Of a stretch of 32,000 nt of DNA, positions 27,202-32,000 are shown one piece after another (position 1 is the first letter of the stretch; each line of letters starts with the position of its first letter). The stretch is from Steroidobacteraceae bacterium (lineage in GTDB: Bacteria; Pseudomonadota; Gammaproteobacteria; Steroidobacterales; Steroidobacteraceae), in NCBI GenBank assembly GCA_050739095.1, contig JBOIAR010000010.1, forward strand, positions 45,710-77,709. Reading direction: 5' to 3'. The notes under the pieces were generated by a model that did no database searches, had not been told where the DNA came from, and saw only the letters and a list, made by a program, of their open reading frames with translations. Position numbers and translations under genes: made by a program.

Positions 27202-27403
27202 TCAGAAATTCGATGCCGGCAAGAGCGTCATGGATCAGCTCGACTTGGCGAAGGCCCGTCGGGCGAACGTCGAGATCAAGCGCGTGAATGTGGATTTCCC
27301 ACAATGGATGGTCCACTCGTTAGACCGGCACGCCCGCCGGCTGGGAATCACCCGGCAGTCTCTCATCAAGATCTGGCTTACCGAAAAGCTCGAGCAGCGC
27401 TGA
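27182..27403 (+). CDS. brnA: BrnA-family antitoxin (ribbon-helix-helix)
   Basis: The C-terminal VNVDFPQWMVHSLDRHARRLGITRQSLIKIWLTEKLE matches the BrnA RHH pattern. GGAGG lies 4-5 nt upstream of the ATG. The gene overlaps the restored brnT 3' end. Confidence 0.8.
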   Translation: MKATKFDQKFDAGKSVMDQLDLAKARRANVEIKRVNVDFPQWMVHSLDRHARRLGITRQSLIKIWLTEKLEQR

Positions 27404-27462
27404 GTTCGTAGCTATGGTCATCCTGAAGGAGAGGCGGACGGCGCGGGGCTGAAGATCCCGCC

Positions 27463-27482
27463 CTACCGGTAGTGCGTCTTGA
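27463..27482 (+). repeat. Island repeat copy 2 (core CTACCGGTAGTGCGTCTTGA) upstream of mntA
   Basis: 18/20 identical to the copy-1 core. This copy contains the perfect 10-bp palindrome CTACCGGTAG. It is followed by an AT-rich stretch containing TATAAT (27492-27497). Confidence 0.7.
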
Positions 27483-27552
27483 CTGCGATGCTATAATTAT
27501 CATCTTGTAGTTTTCGGTCGGCACCTAATCGCCATAGCAGCACGAGACTCCT

Positions 27553-27861
27553 GTGATGCCCCAGCCTCGCATTAAGCTCGATTCTAATGCTGTTGCAGCG
27601 TTTTGCCGCGCTCGAGGCATCCGTAAGCTGAGCCTGTTCGGCTCGGTGCTGCGAGACGACTTCGATCCTCGGCGCAGCGACGTTGATGTCCTTGCGGAGT
27701 TCGAGCCGGACGTACATCCCGGCCTGAAATTCTTCGGGTACGGTGAAGAGTTGGGCAGAATTCTCGGCCGTCGAGTGGACTTCAATACGGCTGCGTGGCT
27801 CAGCAAGTACTTCCGGGATGAGGTAATGCGCGAGGCGGTCGCCGTGTATGAGCAAGCGTGA
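27553..27861 (+). CDS. mntA: MntA-type minimal nucleotidyltransferase antitoxin
   Basis: LSLFGSVLRDDFDPRRSDVDVLAEF is the GSxx(R)...DxD nucleotidyltransferase motif of the MNT/HepT (type VII) antitoxins. The gene overlaps hepT by 14 nt. Confidence 0.85.
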   Translation: MMPQPRIKLDSNAVAAFCRARGIRKLSLFGSVLRDDFDPRRSDVDVLAEFEPDVHPGLKFFGYGEELGRILGRRVDFNTAAWLSKYFRDEVMREAVAVYEQA

Positions 27862-28213
27862 TCATCGCATCACGCTGCGCCAGATCATCGAGTACGTGCA
27901 GCGCGCGCAACTCCTGTGTGCAGATACGTCCGTCGCCGCGATCGAGGCTGATTGGCGCAACGCGCTCGCGTTCGAGCGCGCAATGGAGGTTCTCGGTGAG
28001 GCCGTCAAGCGGCTGCCGGAGGATCTGATTCAGCGCTATCCGCAGGTGCCTTGGCGGCTCGTCGCCGGCATGCGGGACAAGATCAGCCACGGATATGACA
28101 CTGTCGATTACCAAACACTCTGGGATGCCGTAAAGAACGATCTGCCAACGCTGCGGGCTACCGCGGAATTCATGCTGCGCGATTTGGATAAGCCGCAACC
28201 GCCAGCCACATGA
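27848..28213 (+). CDS. hepT: HepT-type HEPN (DUF86) toxin
   Basis: The HEPN Rx4H motif is within AGMRDKISHGYDTVDYQTLW. Size (121 aa) and position, immediately overlapping the MNT gene, both fit. Confidence 0.85.
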   Translation: MSKRDHRITLRQIIEYVQRAQLLCADTSVAAIEADWRNALAFERAMEVLGEAVKRLPEDLIQRYPQVPWRLVAGMRDKISHGYDTVDYQTLWDAVKNDLPTLRATAEFMLRDLDKPQPPAT

Positions 28214-28253
28214 TCGATCTACGCAGTGCTTCACGCCGCCGCTCTGCGAAGGC

Positions 28254-29081
28254 TCAGGACTTATCGAGAGCGCCTTTGCGCCCGCGCCCCTTCATCTTCT
28301 TCGGCACGCGAGGCTTGCGGGCGGGCCGTTTGACCGCCGCGGACCGGACACGCGGTGCCTCGGCCAGCTCGATCCCGAACACACTGCCGAGGTCCTCGGT
28401 GTGGAGCGTCTTGCGCCGAGAGGGGCGCGGCGATACATCGATGGCGGTCGCCGCGGCGATGAGCTCGCCGTGATCGACCTGGCGCAGGGTGAAAAGCAGC
28501 TCGGGCTAGCGGTCGAATCGCGAGCCGACACCGTACAACACCGCCGCCACGTGCTTGCACATCGTTGCCCAGTCGGGACAGGAGCAGGACATTTCGATCT
28601 CCGCCGGCTTGGGGAAGAGACCCTGCTCGCGGTGGGTGATGACCTGCATCACCTGATCGGAGAGTCGCCCCTCGAGCAGGTCAATGAGGGAGCCGATCCC
28701 GCCGGCGCACTGCGATTTGAGGCGTGTCCACTGCGCGGCGGCCACCGGTTTGATCTTGATGGCGACTTCGTAGGGATTCGGCCGGCTGCCGGCTACGAGT
28801 GCCGTGACCCTTCCCGGTGCGACCTCGAGGTCGAGTACGGCTCCGTTCCTCAGATAGCTGCGACCCCGCGGCAGACGATATTCATAATCCCGATAGGACT
28901 CGAGATTCTGACACCAGGCCTTGCCCCAGAAGCTGCGCGCGATCGTGCGGCCATCGATCACGATAGGCGACGGCTCGCGTGCGCCTTTCACCAGGCGCTT
29001 CGCGAAACGCTGACGATCCCGTGCGACGCGCTGGCGCTGCTCGGCGACGCTCGGCTTGCGGGCGTAGTTCCGCCAGTTCAT
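28254..29081 (-). pseudogene. SWIM zinc-finger protein (SNF2-helicase-associated type) interrupted by an in-frame TAG at 28506-28508
   Basis: SWIM motif CSCPDWATMCKHVAAVLYGVG. The ORF stops at TAG after ...SRFDR. The same frame then continues with no further stop for 83 codons (PELLFTLRQVDHGELIAAATA...KKMKGRGRKGALDKS*) to TGA 28254-28256. The PELLF.LR.VDH.ELI segment is what this family normally has after the SWIM motif. Confidence 0.75.
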
Positions 29082-29115
29082 CGAATCCAGGCTCTCTCGA
29101 CCTCAGCCGGCGCGA

Positions 29116-31983
29116 TCATGCGTCACAGGCTTTGTGGATGTCGAGCGTCACGACGCTGAGCAACTCCTCATCGCTCATCTCGGTGAGGAGCGGCTCGCCG
29201 CCCTCCTCGAGGAGACCGCGGGCAAGGCCGGCCTTCGCCTCGATCAGCGCATCGATCTTCTCCTCCACGGTCCCGCGGCAGACGAACTTGTGCACGAGAA
29301 CGTTGCGCCGCTGCCCGATGCGGAAGGCCCGGTCGGTGGCTTGATTCTCGACGGCGGGATTCCACCACCGATCGAAATGGATCACCTGCGAGGCCGCGGT
29401 GAGATTCAACCCGGTGCCGCCGGCCTTGAGCGAGAGCACGAAGAACGGCGGGCCGTCCTCGCGCTGGAATTGCTCGACCAGCCCCTGGCGCTTGCCGACC
29501 GGCGTGCCGCCGTGCAGCACGAGCCCCGGACGGCCGAATATCCGCTCGAGATGCTCCGCGAGCGGCTCGGCCAGCTCGCGGAACTGAGTGAAGACGAGCG
29601 CGCGCTCCTGGCGCGCGGCCAGCTCCTCGCAGAGGTTTGCCAGACGCTCGAACTTGCCGCTGCGCCCTGCGGCGTAGCCGCCCTTGTCCGACAACTGGCC
29701 CGACCACTGGGCGGGATGATTGCAGATCTGCTTCAGCTGCATGAGGTGGGCGAGGATCGTGCCGCGGCGCTGGATCCCCTCCGTCAGGCAAAGCGCCTGG
29801 GCGAGCGCTGCAACGCAGTGCTCGTAGAGAGCGGCCTGCTCGCGAGTAAGGCCGCAGAACGCCCGCACCTCCGTCTTTTCGGGCAAATCGGCAATGACCC
29901 GCTTGTCGGTCTTCAGGCGCCGGAGAATGTAGGGCTGCACCAGGCGCCGTAAGGGCGCGAACGAGGCGTCGGCCCCCTGGGCGAGGCGCTTGGCAGTGCC
30001 CGCGAAGGCGCGCCGCTCGCCGAGCAGACCGGGATTCAGGAAATCGAAGAGCGACCAGAGATCGGAGAGGCGATTCTCGATCGGCGTGCCGGTGAGAGCG
30101 ATCCGCGCGCGGGCGGTGAGTTGCTTGACGGCCCGCGTCTGCTGCGCCCCGGGATTCTTGATCGCCTGCGCCTCATCGAGGATGACGAGGCGCCAGCTGC
30201 GGGAGCGCAGCGCCTGCGAGCGAGCGACCATGCCGTAGCTCGTGAGCGCGACGTCAATGCCCGCGAGCGCGGTCTCCAGCGCACCGGCAGCCTCGAGGTC
30301 CGCGGAGGTCTCCGAGGGGTGCGCCACGAAGGCCCTGAGACTCGGCGTGAAGCGCTCGAGCTCGGACTTCCAGTTGGCGAGCAGCGAAGCCGGAGCCACG
30401 ACGAGGCTCGGCAGCGGCGGCTCGGCCTCGCCCGGCGGACCGCCCCGGCGGGTCTTCTTCGACGCCCCGCCGTTTTCCTGCGCGCGAAGATGCAGCAGCA
30501 GCGCGATCACCTGCAGCGTCTTGCCGAGCCCCATGTCGTCGGCGAGGCAGGCGCCGAGGCCGAGACCGGCGAGGAGGGTCAGCCACTTCGCCCCGGCGAT
30601 CTGATACGGCCGCAGCGTGGCTCGCAGCCCCGCCGCCGACAGGTCGCGCTCGCCTTCGCTGTTGCGCAGCCGGGCGAGGATCTCGCGCAGCCCGCTGCCC
30701 GCCTCGATGCCGCTCCATTCCCGCAGCGGCTCGGGGAGCTCCGCCAGCGCTCGCTCCCCGCTCCCCGCGCCGGCCAGCAGGCGCATGCCTTCATAGAACG
30801 AGAGCCCCCCGGCGCGCGCCTCCCGCTCGATTCGCTTGAAGTGCGCCAGCGCGGCGGAGAGTTTCTCCCCATCGGCTTCGACCCACTGTCCCCGCAGCCG
30901 CACGAGGCCTCCCGCGGAGGACAGCAGCTCCTGCCTCTCAGCATGAGTCAACGGCTCCCCGTCCAAAGTCACGGCTGCCGAGAAATCGAGCAGGGCGTCC
31001 GCACCAAGCGCGGCGGTGTTTGTGCCGATGCGCACGCTAACCTGGGGACGGCGCGGACGGTCCGCCTTCCACCAGTCGGGAATCCGTACCACGAGTCCGC
31101 TCGACTCGAGCGTTGGAACATCGCGCAGGAACCGGTGAGCCTGCGCGGGCGTCCAAGCGAGCGGATGGTAGACATCCCCGCTCTCGATGAGCTCCCGCAC
31201 CCAGGGCAGGCGCTCGGAAGCATCGCGAATGGGTGTCAGCAATCCAACGAGCCGCTTGCGATGGGCGGCGCCTGCGTATTCCTGCAAGGCGCGCGCGAGG
31301 GGCAGGTGCCGGGCCTCGCCCCGCTCCGACACGCCGGCGACGTATGTGGCGAGAAACGCAAACGGATACTCTTCGTCGCGCTTATGGTCGGCGAGATGGA
31401 AAGTCACGCGGCCGACCAGCCGCCAGAGGGGGTTCTTCTCGTGCAGCCACGCTCGAAGGCTCTTACCCGCCATCCTGACTTCGTCGCGGATTCGCGCGTC
31501 GATGTCTTGCCATGCCGCGCGGAGCGCTTCAGTGTCGAGATACTCGAGGCCCCTCATCGGCGGAGCATCGAGCGCCCAAGCACCGAGCTCCTCATCAGCG
31601 GGCGGCGCGACCAGCTCCTCGTCCGGCGGTAGAGCTTGCAGATCCCCAAGGTGACAAAGCTGCGTTACGTACCGCTGCGCAAAGCTACGCGCGAACGCAA
31701 GGCCGGGCGGCAGCGAGCTCTTGAGCTCTTGGGTTGCAAGATGCAACAAACCTGACCCTTGCCCGTCCAGAAACGCGCGCTCGATCCGTGTCACGGCCGC
31801 GGACGCCAAGGACGGAGCGCCGTACGCGTCAAACGTCTCGACGCGGAACCGGCGGTGGGATGTAACGTATAGCTCGAGAGAGGCGGCCATCAACCAGCGC
31901 AGGCGCCTGAACTTCACCACTACCGGTAATGCGTCTCGATCCAGCGCTGATAGCTGCCGTCCATGACGGCGCGCCACCACCAC
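29116..31983 (-). CDS. SNF2-family helicase/ATPase with a bacterial SNF2-associated N-terminal region
   Basis: LRPYQIAGAKWLTLL...LADDMGLGKTLQVIALL (motif I), ILDEAQAIKNP (DEAQ box), LTGTPIENRLSDLWSLFDF, and helicase-C motifs LSLKAGGTGLNLTAASQVIHFDRWWNPAVENQATDRAFRIGQ. The start is uncertain: GTG 31983 lies inside the inverted repeat, and ATG 31890 gives MAASLELY. Confidence 0.9.
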   Translation of the reverse strand: MVVARRHGRQLSALDRDALPVVVKFRRLRWLMAASLELYVTSHRRFRVETFDAYGAPSLASAAVTRIERAFLDGQGSGLLHLATQELKSSLPPGLAFARSFAQRYVTQLCHLGDLQALPPDEELVAPPADEELGAWALDAPPMRGLEYLDTEALRAAWQDIDARIRDEVRMAGKSLRAWLHEKNPLWRLVGRVTFHLADHKRDEEYPFAFLATYVAGVSERGEARHLPLARALQEYAGAAHRKRLVGLLTPIRDASERLPWVRELIESGDVYHPLAWTPAQAHRFLRDVPTLESSGLVVRIPDWWKADRPRRPQVSVRIGTNTAALGADALLDFSAAVTLDGEPLTHAERQELLSSAGGLVRLRGQWVEADGEKLSAALAHFKRIEREARAGGLSFYEGMRLLAGAGSGERALAELPEPLREWSGIEAGSGLREILARLRNSEGERDLSAAGLRATLRPYQIAGAKWLTLLAGLGLGACLADDMGLGKTLQVIALLLHLRAQENGGASKKTRRGGPPGEAEPPLPSLVVAPASLLANWKSELERFTPSLRAFVAHPSETSADLEAAGALETALAGIDVALTSYGMVARSQALRSRSWRLVILDEAQAIKNPGAQQTRAVKQLTARARIALTGTPIENRLSDLWSLFDFLNPGLLGERRAFAGTAKRLAQGADASFAPLRRLVQPYILRRLKTDKRVIADLPEKTEVRAFCGLTREQAALYEHCVAALAQALCLTEGIQRRGTILAHLMQLKQICNHPAQWSGQLSDKGGYAAGRSGKFERLANLCEELAARQERALVFTQFRELAEPLAEHLERIFGRPGLVLHGGTPVGKRQGLVEQFQREDGPPFFVLSLKAGGTGLNLTAASQVIHFDRWWNPAVENQATDRAFRIGQRRNVLVHKFVCRGTVEEKIDALIEAKAGLARGLLEEGGEPLLTEMSDEELLSVVTLDIHKACDA
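31917..31943 (+). repeat. Island repeat copy 3 (CCACTACCGGTAATGCGTCTCGATCCA)
   Basis: 25/27 identical to copy 1 in the same orientation. It lies 18 nt inside the right inverted-repeat arm. Confidence 0.8.
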
Positions 31984-32000
31984 TCGTTCTGCACGTACCA
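31962..32000. repeat. Right arm of the inverted repeat (truncated by the window end)
   Basis: See the left arm at 26811-26848. Similarity starts at the inner boundary and is still running when the window ends. Confidence 0.8.

Noticed and set aside
27479-27497. TTGACT ... TATAAT pair after repeat copy 2 as a textbook sigma70 promoter
   Set aside because: The two hexamers are only 7 nt apart, and about 17 nt is required. TATAAT may still be a -10 element, but the -35 position then has no match, so I do not call a promoter.
29134-31632. ORFs 29134-29952 (+), 30121-31632 (+) and several 60-200 aa ORFs inside the SNF2 gene
   Set aside because: They lie antisense to, or out of frame with, a helicase whose motifs I-VI are all intact. 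There are no independent start signals.
26755-31943. Interpretation of the three repeat copies as integron attC sites delimiting gene cassettes
   Set aside because: There is no GTTRRRY core and no attC-type imperfect palindrome structure. There is no intI. The second 'cassette' would be about 4.4 kb with genes on both strands.

Overview
High-GC, Proteobacteria-like chromosomal segment. It has three parts.

(1) 1-7.3 kb. This part holds the 3' end of an Omp85-family outer-membrane protein. It is followed by a minus-strand run: ugd, manC, manB (nucleotide-sugar precursors), an orphan receiver-domain response regulator, a bactofilin, and a translationally coupled zinc-ribbon/proline-rich protein.

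(2) 7.3-26.6 kb. This is a large Wzy-dependent exopolysaccharide/O-antigen-like locus. It encodes:
- a priming sugar-phosphate transferase
- two GT2 glycosyltransferases, one GT-B glycosyltransferase and one GT56 (WecF-like) glycosyltransferase
- WecB
- a short atypical SDR
- two unrelated SAM methyltransferases, one of them TylF-like
- a 2OG-Fe(II) oxygenase
- Wzx, a Wzy-like polymerase and a kinase-less Wzz/PCP
- an unusually large (~1000 aa) multi-SLBB Wza-type exporter
- a convergent secreted protein of unknown family, with a relic paralog fragment upstream

The wecB-GT56-SDR sub-module looks AT-richer by eye, suggesting a mosaic origin.

(3) 26.6-32.0 kb. This is an accessory island with a BrnT/BrnA module (toxin frameshifted), an MntA/HepT module, and an SNF2 helicase followed by a SWIM zinc-finger gene. 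The SWIM gene carries an in-frame TAG with conserved sequence continuing after it. The island is punctuated by three direct copies of a ~20-27 nt motif. It is bracketed by a ~40 bp inverted repeat that runs off the right edge of the window.

I saw no rRNA, tRNA, CRISPR array, transposase or integrase. Many long ORFs in the track are antisense shadow ORFs typical of high-GC DNA and are not called. The best candidate for something undescribed is the repeat-bounded TA + SNF2/SWIM island. Secondary candidates are the bactofilin/zinc-ribbon pair and the unknown secreted protein inside the EPS locus.
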